A stretch of 64,000 bases of DNA from Candidatus Rokuibacteriota bacterium (GTDB taxonomy: Bacteria > Methylomirabilota > Methylomirabilia > Rokubacteriales > CSP1-6). Under the pieces are notes generated by a model. The model was given only the letters and a program-made list of their open reading frames with translations, ran no database searches and was not told where the DNA came from. The position numbers and the translations under genes were made by a program. The DNA lies in contig QHSL01000089.1 of NCBI GenBank assembly GCA_003220435.1, forward strand, positions 2,106-66,105, in the 5' to 3' direction. Below, piece after piece: positions 43,519 to 52,250 of the stretch (position 1 is its first letter; each line of letters starts with the position of its first letter).

Positions 43519-45123
43519 ATGTTCCGGTCGCGGCTCGCGATCAAGATCACCCTGCTGATCGTGGCGGTCATGATCGTCGGCTTCGGGGCGTCGACGATTG
43601 TCACGATCCAGCGCGAGTCGGCGGCGCTGGTCGAGCAGAACAAGCAGGGACTGAGGCGGCTCACCCAGGCCGTCGTGGCGAGTGTCGAGGCGGCGATGCT
43701 CCAGGAGCGGCCCGACGTCACCCGCAGCTTGATCCAGGAGCTGCGCGAGCTGCGTACGGCCAGGGCCTCTGAGAGCTCGACGCTCGAGGACCTGACGATC
43801 TACCGGCGCAACGGGATCGAGGCGTTCACCGACCTCGCGACAGCCAAAGAGGTCGCCCGTACCGCTGGCCTCTCCGACGAAGTTCTGAAGAACATCGCCA
43901 AGATGCAGCGGGCGCCCGGGGCGCCGATGTCCGGGCCGCTGTTCGCGCGGGCCCTGGAAACGCTCAAGACCCAGGAGTCTCTCGAGGTCGAGAACGGCGT
44001 CTCGCTCTTCACCGTCCACCATCCGATCCTCAACCAGGAGAAGTGCCAGGGCTGCCATGGGAGCGACCACAAGGTGCGGGCGGTGGTGCGCGTCGCGACC
44101 TCGATGGAGCCAGTCTTCGCCGAGGTCAGACGCCACCGTAACCGCCAGATGCTGATCGCGGCGCTGACGATCCTGTGCGCCGCCGGCGTCCTGACGATCG
44201 CGATGCGCTCGGTCATCGTCCGGCCGATCGTCGCGCTCTCGGCGGTCGCGCAGCGCGTGGGTGGCGGAGACTTCGAGGCGCGGGCGCCAGCCGGGTCCAG
44301 GGACGAGATCGGCGAGCTGGGGGGCGCCTTCAACGACATGACCTCACGGCTCAATCAGGCCTACTCGGAGCTGGCCACCAAGAACCGTGAGCTGCAGACA
44401 GCCCTCCAGAGCCTGCAGGAATCGCGGCAGCGGCTCGAGCTCCTCGAGCAGCTCAAGGGCGAGCTCTCGAAGTTCGTCCCCGACGCGGTCAAAAAGCTTC
44501 TCGAGCAGAACCCGAACGCAACCGAGCTCGAGAAGAAGACCGTCGAGGTCTCGGTCGTGTTCCTCGACATCGCCGGCTACACGAAGCTCTCCGAGCAGCT
44601 AGAGGCGAGGAAGCTGAACCAGCTCGTGCAGACGTATTTCTCGAGCTTTCTCGAGATCATCCAGAGTCACCACGGCGATGTGAACGAGACCGCCGGTGAC
44701 GGCCTGATGGTCATCTTCCAGTCCGACCGGAGCGCGACCGACCACGCGCTGAACGCCACCCGCGCGGCCTTCGCCATCCAGCAGCGGACGGGCACCCTCA
44801 ACGAGGAGTACGGCGGGATCTTTCCGCCGATCCAGCTCCATATGGGGATCAACACCGGCGAGGCCCTGGTCGGCGCGACCAAGCTCGGTACCGGGGCGGG
44901 CCAGCGGTGGACCTTCACGGCGACCGGCCCCACCACCAACGTCGCCGCCCGCTTCGCGGGCTCCGCCCAGGGCGGCGAGATCGTCGTCGGGCCGGCGACC
45001 TCCGAGCGCATCCGCGCCCACTTTGTTCTAGAGTCCCTCGGCGAGAAGACGTTCAAGAACGTCTCACAGCCAATCCGCGTCTATCGGGTGATCCCGCCGG
45101 GCATCTACGAGAAGATCGTCTAG
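43519..45123 (+). CDS. membrane sensor class III nucleotidyl cyclase (periplasmic domain with CxxCH - TM - HAMP - coiled coil - cyclase)
   Basis: Two TM segments flank a ~190-aa domain ending in EKCQGCHG. HAMP reads IGELGGAFNDMTSRL. Cyclase motifs are VVFLDIAGYT, NETAGDGLMVIF and TTNVAARF. Confidence 0.85.
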   Translation: MFRSRLAIKITLLIVAVMIVGFGASTIVTIQRESAALVEQNKQGLRRLTQAVVASVEAAMLQERPDVTRSLIQELRELRTARASESSTLEDLTIYRRNGIEAFTDLATAKEVARTAGLSDEVLKNIAKMQRAPGAPMSGPLFARALETLKTQESLEVENGVSLFTVHHPILNQEKCQGCHGSDHKVRAVVRVATSMEPVFAEVRRHRNRQMLIAALTILCAAGVLTIAMRSVIVRPIVALSAVAQRVGGGDFEARAPAGSRDEIGELGGAFNDMTSRLNQAYSELATKNRELQTALQSLQESRQRLELLEQLKGELSKFVPDAVKKLLEQNPNATELEKKTVEVSVVFLDIAGYTKLSEQLEARKLNQLVQTYFSSFLEIIQSHHGDVNETAGDGLMVIFQSDRSATDHALNATRAAFAIQQRTGTLNEEYGGIFPPIQLHMGINTGEALVGATKLGTGAGQRWTFTATGPTTNVAARFAGSAQGGEIVVGPATSERIRAHFVLESLGEKTFKNVSQPIRVYRVIPPGIYEKIV

Positions 45124-45125
45124 AT

Positions 45126-46073
45126 TTGACCAAGCCGGTCCGGGTCGGGATTTGCGCGTGGGCCGATCCGGCGCTCATCGAGGGCGGGACGTTCTATCCG
45201 AAGAAGTCGATGAGCGCGGAGGCCCGGCTCCGCCACTACGCGAGCGTGTTCGACGTCGTGGAGGTGAACAGCTCGTACTACGCGATCCCCGACGTGCGGA
45301 ACACGGTTCGGTGGGTCGAGCGCACGCCACCGGGGTTCGTCTTTCACGTCAAGGCGTACTCGCTGCTGACCGGCCACCATCCGCGAACGGAGACCGTCCC
45401 GGCCGATCTCGCCGCGTTGCTGCCGCGGAACCCCGCGCGCACGCGCCGCGGCGAGATCGACGCGACCAGCTTTCCGCCGGAGGCCCTCGATCGGGCGTTT
45501 GGCCTCTTTCGAGACTCGATCCGGCCGATCGCCGAGGCCGGCAAGCTCGGCTACGTCCTGTTCCAGCTGGCGCCGTGGGTTCACTTCGACACCGACCGGC
45601 TCGACTATCTCGCCTCGATCCCCAGGCGGCTCCCGGGCTGCACAATCGCCGTGGAGTTCCGTCACCGATCCTGGCTGCCGGAGCACGCCGACGAGACCTT
45701 GCGCGCCCTGTCCGCCGCGCGGCTCGCCCACGTGATCGTGGACGGGCCTTCAGGTCATGCGGTGCCCCGGATCACGACGACGACCGCCTCCACGGCGGTC
45801 TTCCGGCTCCACGGACGCAACGCCCAGGGCTGGCTCCGCCAGCTTCAGGGCGCGGAGCCCTCGGTGCGCGAGAAGTACGACTACCTTTACACCGAGGCGG
45901 AGCTGCGAGAGCTTCTGCCCGAAGTCGAGGGCGTGGGTCTGGAGGCCGAGGAGATCTTCATCTCCTTCAACAACAACAACCGCGATTATCCGGTCCAGAA
46001 CGCGCTCATGATGAAGCGACTCCTGGGACAGCCGACTCCCGTCCGGCCCCTGACCCGCGACCTGTTCGCCTGA
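45126..46073 (+). CDS. DUF72-family protein
   Basis: VRVGICAWAD...YASVFDVVEVNSSYY...FHVKAY...VEFRHRSW...SFNNN pattern. TTG is the only plausible in-frame start. Confidence 0.8.
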   Translation: MTKPVRVGICAWADPALIEGGTFYPKKSMSAEARLRHYASVFDVVEVNSSYYAIPDVRNTVRWVERTPPGFVFHVKAYSLLTGHHPRTETVPADLAALLPRNPARTRRGEIDATSFPPEALDRAFGLFRDSIRPIAEAGKLGYVLFQLAPWVHFDTDRLDYLASIPRRLPGCTIAVEFRHRSWLPEHADETLRALSAARLAHVIVDGPSGHAVPRITTTTASTAVFRLHGRNAQGWLRQLQGAEPSVREKYDYLYTEAELRELLPEVEGVGLEAEEIFISFNNNNRDYPVQNALMMKRLLGQPTPVRPLTRDLFA

Positions 46074-46113
46074 AACCGCGACCCGCCGCCCGGATTCTCG
46101 GCCGGGGCCGGTC

Positions 46114-46122
46114 TGGTAGAAT
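46114..46122 (+). promoter_or_regulatory. extended -10 element TGgTAGAAT, 8 nt before the ATG (leaderless-type)
   Basis: TGGTAGAAT at 46114-46122 and ATG at 46131. No Shine-Dalgarno is present. Confidence 0.4.
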
Positions 46123-46130
46123 CGAGCCCC

Positions 46131-46982
46131 ATGCCGGAGATCCAGCTTCGCGGGGGCGCGGTCGACGGGCTTCGCCTCCACTATGTCGTCGAAGGTCGCG
46201 GCCCCGCTGTCATTCTCGTCCACGGGCTCGGCGGATTCGCGGAGACCTGGCGGCACAACGTGGGCGCGTTGGCGAGCCGCGCGACCGTCTTCGCTCTCGA
46301 CCTGCCTGGCTTCGGCGACTCGGCCAAGCCGCCGGCGCGCTACCGGCTCGGATACTTTGCCGAGGTGCTGCGCGGCTTCATGGACGTCGTCGGGGTCGCG
46401 CAAGCGTCGCTGGTCGGCCACTCGCTCGGCGGCGCCGTCAGCGTCACCTACGCGCTCACGCACCCCTCGCGCGTCGAGCGCCTGGCGCTCGTGGGCGCCG
46501 TGGTTCCCGGATGCGGCTACCGGCCGTCGTGGATCTACCGCCTCGTGGCGCTCCGGGGCGTCGGCGAGACGCTGTCGCTCGTCGCGTGCGCCAGGCTCTA
46601 CAAGGCCGCCCTCGCGCGCTGCTTTCACATACCGGTCCGCGGAGAGATCGACTTCTTCGTCGACCATCGCTATGCGGCCCGCACGGGGCCGTCGGCCCGC
46701 GCGGCGTATCTGGCGACGCTTCGAGACGTGCGCATCGACTTCGAGGCGCACGCGCAGGACTATCGTCGCGCGCTCGGCACGCTCGAGCTGCCGGTGCTGC
46801 TGATCCACGGCCGCCAGGACCGGGTTGTTTCGCCGGAGCACTGCGCCCAGGTCGCCGAGACCCTGGCGCACGCGAGGGTCCGCTGGGTCGACGAGTGCGG
46901 GCATTTTCCGCAGCTCGAGCACGTCGAGGCCGTGAACGGCTGGCTGGTGGACTTTCTGGTCGGGCGCCCGGCGCCCCGGTAG
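46131..46982 (+). CDS. alpha/beta-fold hydrolase
   Basis: VILVHGLGG, nucleophile elbow GHSLGG, C-terminal CGHFPQLE. Confidence 0.85.
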   Translation: MPEIQLRGGAVDGLRLHYVVEGRGPAVILVHGLGGFAETWRHNVGALASRATVFALDLPGFGDSAKPPARYRLGYFAEVLRGFMDVVGVAQASLVGHSLGGAVSVTYALTHPSRVERLALVGAVVPGCGYRPSWIYRLVALRGVGETLSLVACARLYKAALARCFHIPVRGEIDFFVDHRYAARTGPSARAAYLATLRDVRIDFEAHAQDYRRALGTLELPVLLIHGRQDRVVSPEHCAQVAETLAHARVRWVDECGHFPQLEHVEAVNGWLVDFLVGRPAPR

Positions 46983-46992
46983 CGGAGCCCCC

Positions 46993-47310
46993 ATGAACGA
47001 GATCACCCCCCAGGAGCTGAAGAAGCGATTGGACGGGAACGACCGGCCCCTCCTGCTGGATGTGCGGCAGGATTGGGAGACGCGCCTCTGCCGGCTCGCC
47101 AACGCCGTGCACATCCCGATCGAGGAGATCGAGCTGAGGACCGACGAGCTGAACGCCGACGACGAGATCGTTGTCTACTGCCATCAGGGTGTCCGCAGCG
47201 CCGCCGTCGCCGACTACCTGCGCCAGCTCGGCTTCAAGAACGTCAAGAACCTCGCCGGTGGTCTGGATCACTGGGCCCGGACGGTCGATCCCGCGATGCG
47301 CCGGTACTAG
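46993..47310 (+). CDS. single-domain rhodanese-like sulfurtransferase
   Basis: 105 aa with the active-site loop VVYCHQGVRS. Confidence 0.85.
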   Translation: MNEITPQELKKRLDGNDRPLLLDVRQDWETRLCRLANAVHIPIEEIELRTDELNADDEIVVYCHQGVRSAAVADYLRQLGFKNVKNLAGGLDHWARTVDPAMRRY

Positions 47311-48077
47311 TGCCGACGCCGCTCACGATCCGTCGCGAGGGCGCGACGGTCTGGTGCACGCTCGACCGCCCGCCGCTCAACCTGCTGGAGCCCAGCCTCA
47401 TCCGCGCACTGCGCGAGTCGTTCGCCAGGCTGGCCGCCGACCGCACGGTGCGCCTGGCGGTCGTCGTCGGCCGCGGCCGCGCCTTCACCGCCGGCGTGGA
47501 CGTTCGGATCCTCCGCGAGCTCGACGCGAGCCGCGGGCGCGAGCTGATCACCGCGCTCCACGACGCGCTCGCCGCCGTGCACCGGGCGCCGTTCCCGGTG
47601 ATCGCCGCCGTGAATGGACCATGCCTCGGCGCCGGCTTCGAGCTGGCGCTGGCCTGCGATCTGCGCGTGGCGGCGGCGAGCGCGACGTTTGGCCTGCCCG
47701 AGGTGCGCGTCGGCGTGCCCTCGGTCATCCAGGCGGCGCTCCTGCCGCCGATGATCGGTCCGGGCCGGGCTGCCGAGATGCTGCTGACCGGCGCGCCGGT
47801 GAGCGCCGCGCAGGCGCTCCAGTGGGGCCTCGTCAATCGCGTCGCGCCGGACGACGAATTGAGCGCGACGGTCGACGAGCTGGCGGCGCCGATCCTCGCG
47901 AGCGGGCCGGAGGCGATCCGGCTCCAGAAGGAGCTGATCATCCGGTGGCGCGAGACCGATCTCCCGACCGCCGTGCGCTACGGGATCAATGCCTTCGCGA
48001 CCGCGTGTGCGACCGGCGAGCCGCGTGAGGGCATGAGCGCGTACCTCGAAAAGCGCCGCGCGAACTTCGGGGGATGA
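47310..48077 (+). CDS. enoyl-CoA hydratase/isomerase (crotonase) family protein
   Basis: GTG start overlapping the rhodanese TAG. Motifs GRGRAFTAGVD, AAVNGPCLGAGFELALACD, FGLPEV. Confidence 0.85.
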   Translation: MPTPLTIRREGATVWCTLDRPPLNLLEPSLIRALRESFARLAADRTVRLAVVVGRGRAFTAGVDVRILRELDASRGRELITALHDALAAVHRAPFPVIAAVNGPCLGAGFELALACDLRVAAASATFGLPEVRVGVPSVIQAALLPPMIGPGRAAEMLLTGAPVSAAQALQWGLVNRVAPDDELSATVDELAAPILASGPEAIRLQKELIIRWRETDLPTAVRYGINAFATACATGEPREGMSAYLEKRRANFGG

Positions 48078-48080
48078 CGC

Positions 48081-48824
48081 GTGCCGATCAAGACCATCAC
48101 GTTCGATTTCTGGGGCACGCTGCTCTTCGACGGCCCAGCCAGCGACAATCGATACAAGAAGCGTCGCCTCGTGGAATTCGAGACGCTGCTCGGATCCGCC
48201 GGTATGCCGGTGTCGGCGGCTGCGCTCGATCGCGCGTACGAGGAGTCGGGCGTCTACCTCAGCCGGATCTGGGCGACGTCCCGGGACGTCCCGGTCCACG
48301 ACCACGTCCGCGCGATTCTCGCGGCGGTCGACGCCGCCCTGGCGCGACGCGTTCCGTCGGCGCTCATGACGGCGCTGGTCGACGCCTACTCGCGACCCAT
48401 TCTGCAGGTGCCGCCAGCGGTGGACGACGGCGCCCTCGCCGCGCTGGAGGCGCTCGACGGGGCCGGATACACACTCGCGATCGTGTCGAACATCATGCGC
48501 ACGCCGGGCGCCACACTCCGTCAGGTGCTCGAGCGCTTTCGACTGCTCGGCTTCTTCAAACGCACGACCTTCTCCGACGAGGTGGGGATCCGCAAGCCCG
48601 CTCCTGAGATCTTCGCCTTGACGTTGCGCGCGGTCGGCGGCGAGCCCGAGACTGCGGTCCACGTCGGCGACGACGCGATTCTCGACGTGCAGGGCGCGCG
48701 GGCCGCCGGGATGCGCGTCATCCAGGTCACCTCGTCGCCGATCCGAGCACGCGGCGCTCAGCGCCCGGACCTCGCCATTCGACGCCTCGCGGACCTGCCC
48801 GACGCCATCGATCGGCTCGAGTGA
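48081..48824 (+). CDS. HAD-superfamily hydrolase
   Basis: Motif I ITFDFWGTLL, motif II IVSN, motif IV VGDD. Confidence 0.8.
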   Translation: MPIKTITFDFWGTLLFDGPASDNRYKKRRLVEFETLLGSAGMPVSAAALDRAYEESGVYLSRIWATSRDVPVHDHVRAILAAVDAALARRVPSALMTALVDAYSRPILQVPPAVDDGALAALEALDGAGYTLAIVSNIMRTPGATLRQVLERFRLLGFFKRTTFSDEVGIRKPAPEIFALTLRAVGGEPETAVHVGDDAILDVQGARAAGMRVIQVTSSPIRARGAQRPDLAIRRLADLPDAIDRLE

Positions 48825-48928
48825 CGGTCGCCGCCGCGCGGCGGTCGAGGAGCGGGGTGAGCCGGCGTCTGGATGCGGGAACTGGGGGACGGCGAGAGCT
48901 ACAAGGCGGCGAGAGCTACGCGGAGCGG

Positions 48929-49309
48929 TTACCCGGCGTAAGTGATTCCCGACCGCGCGCCGACTGGCTTCTGTTGCGGTCGCCGCATACCCCCGGGCAG
49001 CACCAGCCCGACCTCTTCGAAGTAGCGACGGATCGGATCCGTGATCCGGTCGGCATACGCCTCGAGCACCCGATAGGAAATACCGCGGTGATAGGTCGCG
49101 TTCGTGAAGTCCCCGTTCCGCCAGCCGAGGATCTTCGAGGTCCGGGTTTGTCGGTTGCGGAGGACCAGACCAAAGGTCCCGAGGCCGGAGACCCAGTGAT
49201 CCGGGTTGTTCAGGCTCAACTCGGTGCACCCGCTGGCGACCTGCCACTCGGGGGCGAATTCGGCTAGCGCGTGCTCCAACAGCCGCTGCACCTGTTCCGG
49301 GAGTAACAT
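48929..49309 (-). CDS. hypothetical protein (126 aa)
   Basis: Start MLLPEQVQRLLEH with a GGGAGGGG Shine-Dalgarno 7 nt upstream. Locally lower G+C. No family recognised. Confidence 0.5.
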   Translation of the reverse strand: MLLPEQVQRLLEHALAEFAPEWQVASGCTELSLNNPDHWVSGLGTFGLVLRNRQTRTSKILGWRNGDFTNATYHRGISYRVLEAYADRITDPIRRYFEEVGLVLPGGMRRPQQKPVGARSGITYAG

Positions 49310-49498
49310 CCTAAGCCCCTCCCAAGGACCTTGCCCTTGGCTGCGAGCAAGTAGAATGCCACCCTGACCTTGATGGCCCATCCCCCGAGGTAAATCCGCA
49401 AGTTGAATCGTGGAGCAGTGAAGGGCGCGCCGTCGACATTCGGACACGTATGGCTCCGCGTGTCAGGCTGGTGCCACCTTTAGGACACTTTGGCGCCC

Positions 49499-49528
49499 TT
49501 GCGCGCCGCGGCATGCGGCCGGTAAGAT
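49499..49528 (+). promoter_or_regulatory. promoter candidate TTGCGC-N18-TAAGAT, -10 ends 8 nt before the apt ATG (leaderless-type)
   Basis: Hexamers at 49499-49504 and 49523-49528, with the ATG at 49537. Same hexamers and spacing as the thiolase promoter at 5623-5652. Confidence 0.4.
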
Positions 49529-49536
49529 AGCCGCCG

Positions 49537-50061
49537 ATGGAAATCGCCGAGCTGAAGGCGAAGATACGTGACATCAGGGATTTCCCTACAGCGGGGATCC
49601 TCTTTAAGGACATCACGACGCTCCTCAAGGACGGGCCGGCGTTCCGCTATGTGATCGATGCAATCGCAAGCCGGTACCAGAAGGAGCGCGTGGAACTGGT
49701 GGTCGGCATCGAATCTCGAGGCTTCATCTTCGGCGGAGCGCTCGCCCATCAGCTGCAGGCCGGCTTCGTTCCCGTGCGCAAGATCGGCAAGCTTCCGGGC
49801 AAGACTATCGAGGTCGAGTACGAGCTCGAGTACGGTCGCGACGCGCTCGCCGTTCACGAGGACGCGATCAAGGCCGGGCAGCGCGTGCTCGCGGTCGACG
49901 ACCTGCTGGCGACCGGCGGCACGATGGCCGCGACCCTGCGATTGATCCGTCAGCTCGGCGGCTACGTCGTCGGGGTCGCGTTCATGATCGAGCTGGCGTT
50001 TCTGCACGGACGCGATAAGCTGAAGGAAGAGTCGCTGCACTCGCTCATCGTCTATGACTAG
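49537..50061 (+). CDS. apt: adenine phosphoribosyltransferase
   Basis: 174 aa. FPTAGILFKDITTLL, VGIESRGFIFG, and PRPP motif VLAVDDLLATGGT. Confidence 0.95.
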   Translation: MEIAELKAKIRDIRDFPTAGILFKDITTLLKDGPAFRYVIDAIASRYQKERVELVVGIESRGFIFGGALAHQLQAGFVPVRKIGKLPGKTIEVEYELEYGRDALAVHEDAIKAGQRVLAVDDLLATGGTMAATLRLIRQLGGYVVGVAFMIELAFLHGRDKLKEESLHSLIVYD

Positions 50062-50371
50062 ACTCGCCGCGTTCCTGGGAGTGCTCGCGGTCGTCGGCGC
50101 GTGGAGCGCTTGCGTCGGCGCCGAAGAGGCGAAGACGCCGATCAGCGGCGCCATGCTCTTGCACATCCTGGCGCCTGCCGCCGAGTCCCGCGACGCGGCC
50201 TTCGACCGCGCCATGAAGGAGCCGGCTCCCGCGCCGCGCCGTCCGGAGGGCGAAGTCCAGGCCGACGGCACGGTCCGCTACGGCGCGCTGACGATGACCG
50301 TGAGGAATCCGTGCCCGCCCGGCTCTGGGCACTACGAGCCCCCTCCGCTGCCGGGCCGCGCTCGGAAGTAA
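50054..50371 (+). CDS. small exported protein of unknown function
   Basis: N-terminal signal-like MTRLAAFLGVLAVVGAWSACVGA. The ATG overlaps the apt 3' end by 8 nt. Confidence 0.45.
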   Translation: MTRLAAFLGVLAVVGAWSACVGAEEAKTPISGAMLLHILAPAAESRDAAFDRAMKEPAPAPRRPEGEVQADGTVRYGALTMTVRNPCPPGSGHYEPPPLPGRARK

Positions 50372-50420
50372 CCGCTCGACATCCGCCATCCCGGCGGTCT
50401 CTCGCGAAACGGGGCATCGC

Positions 50421-51275
50421 ATGGCCATCACGAACGTCGGCGTCATCGGCTGTGGTCTCATGGGCTCGGGCATCGTCCAGGTCGCGGCCCAGGCCGGCTT
50501 CCAGGTCCTGTTCGTCGAGGCCAACGACGAGCTGGTCCGGCGCGCGCTCGCGCGGTTGGGCGAGACTCTCGAGGGGCTCGTGGCGAAGGGAAAGCTCGAC
50601 GTCAAGACCAAGGACGCGACGCTCGCGCGCATCGCCGGCACGCCCCACCTCGAAGACCTGAAATCATCGGATCTCGTCGTGGAAGCGATGACCGAGAATC
50701 AAGCCCTCAAGAACGAGACCTTCGCGAAGCTGGACCAGATCTGCCCACCGCACACGATCCTGGCGTCCAACACGTCCTCGTGCAACGTCACCGCGATGGC
50801 GGCGGCCACGGGCCGCCCGGCCCAGGTTCTCGGTCTGCACTTCTTCAACCCGGTCCCGCTCATGAAGCTCGTCGAGGTCGTGCGCACGATCCTCAGCGGT
50901 GAGGCCGCCGTGCAGGCCGCCACCGAGTGGGTCCGCGCGGTGGGCAAGACGCCGGTGCAGACCAAGGACGCGACCGCGTTCATCGTCAACCGTCTCCTCG
51001 TGCCCTACCTGCTCGACGCGATCCGCGTCTACGAGGGCGGGCTCGCGTCGCTCGAAGACATCGACGCGGCGATGAAGCTCGGCTGCGGCTATCCGATGGG
51101 ACCGTTCACGCTGCTCGATCTGGTGGGTCTCGACACCGCCATGTACGTCGCCGAGGTGATGTTCGAGGAATTCCGCGAGCCCCGCTACGCGCCGCCGCCG
51201 CTGCTCAAGCGCATGGTGATGGCCGGCCAGCTCGGGCGCAAAACCGGTCGCGGCTTCTACGCCTACAACCGCTAG
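50421..51275 (+). CDS. hbd: 3-hydroxybutyryl-CoA (3-hydroxyacyl-CoA) dehydrogenase
   Basis: VGVIGCGLMGSGI NAD fold, SNTSS, HFFNPVPLMKLVE, GYPMGPF. Confidence 0.9.
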   Translation: MAITNVGVIGCGLMGSGIVQVAAQAGFQVLFVEANDELVRRALARLGETLEGLVAKGKLDVKTKDATLARIAGTPHLEDLKSSDLVVEAMTENQALKNETFAKLDQICPPHTILASNTSSCNVTAMAAATGRPAQVLGLHFFNPVPLMKLVEVVRTILSGEAAVQAATEWVRAVGKTPVQTKDATAFIVNRLLVPYLLDAIRVYEGGLASLEDIDAAMKLGCGYPMGPFTLLDLVGLDTAMYVAEVMFEEFREPRYAPPPLLKRMVMAGQLGRKTGRGFYAYNR

Positions 51276-51320
51276 TCGATCGCTCCTTCAACGCCCAGGG
51301 AGTCGGTGGGGGGTATCGAA

Positions 51321-52247
51321 TCACACCAGATCGAAGCGGCAGAGCCGGCTCTCGATCGCGTCGTTGGTTGCTTGATCGAGATTCGGGTAGAGTGCGAGGA
51401 CCTTTTCCCACGCCGCGTGAAGCGCTCGGCTGGAGGCGGCCAGCGCCGGGTGGCGAATCATGCGGCAGAGGTCAACCGTCGCATCCTTGATCTTCTCGGC
51501 CGCGAATACCCCGAAGAACACAATCTGCCGATCCGTCGCGATGAGCAGATGACGGTGGATGCTCCGCAGCCGGGCAGGGACGGCGAGCACGTTCAGCTTC
51601 GCCAGCACCGCCGCCTGCCGTCGCTGATAGACGTCCAGCAAGTTGCCGTACTCGTCCGCGGTCCGCGTCGTCCGTAGGACCTCGTGGATGTTGAGGCGGT
51701 TGTCGGCGCCCTTCTGCAAGACCAGCAGCATCTCCTGAATGTACCGGAGCTCGTCGCGGTCGACGATGGGGCTCGTCGGCGGCAGGGGGTACCATGCGCT
51801 CCAGTCGCGCTGCGGCCAGTTCGCCGGCGTGATGCGGCGGCTGTCGGGGTTCTCGGCCGGGCTCGCCTGGTTACCCCGCACCCCGTCACGGCCGACGACG
51901 ACCGACCCGGCGACGACCGCACCGCGCGCCGCCGCGAGGGCCGCGACCAGCGTACGCCTCACGACGCGGAGCCGGTCGCGCTTTCTCGCGAGGGCCGCGT
52001 CCTGCGCGCTGACGAGCGCGTGCAGGCGCTCGCCCTCGGCGCGGCTCAACCAGATACCGTGCTGATTCGGACACGCGCTGACGAAGAGCTCACCGCGGGG
52101 AAGCGTCGTCCGAAGCAAGTCGCCCAGGCACTCCGGGCACGTGGTCGGCGCCTCGCGCGCATCTGGATCGTGCGCCAGGACGTCGGCCAGGACCCGGTCG
52201 ACGTCGATCACGTTCAGATCCTCGACCCGGCGATCGGCGAGCCACAT
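51321..52247 (-). CDS. hypothetical protein with N-terminal zinc-finger-like motif
   Basis: CPECLGDL...ACPNQHGIWLSRAEGERL resembles the TFIIB-type bacterial zinc-finger domain. An Ala/Val-rich segment follows, and the C-terminal ~170 aa are unassigned. Starts 3 nt after the glycosyltransferase stop. Confidence 0.55.
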   Translation of the reverse strand: MWLADRRVEDLNVIDVDRVLADVLAHDPDAREAPTTCPECLGDLLRTTLPRGELFVSACPNQHGIWLSRAEGERLHALVSAQDAALARKRDRLRVVRRTLVAALAAARGAVVAGSVVVGRDGVRGNQASPAENPDSRRITPANWPQRDWSAWYPLPPTSPIVDRDELRYIQEMLLVLQKGADNRLNIHEVLRTTRTADEYGNLLDVYQRRQAAVLAKLNVLAVPARLRSIHRHLLIATDRQIVFFGVFAAEKIKDATVDLCRMIRHPALAASSRALHAAWEKVLALYPNLDQATNDAIESRLCRFDLV

Positions 52248-52250
52248 GGC

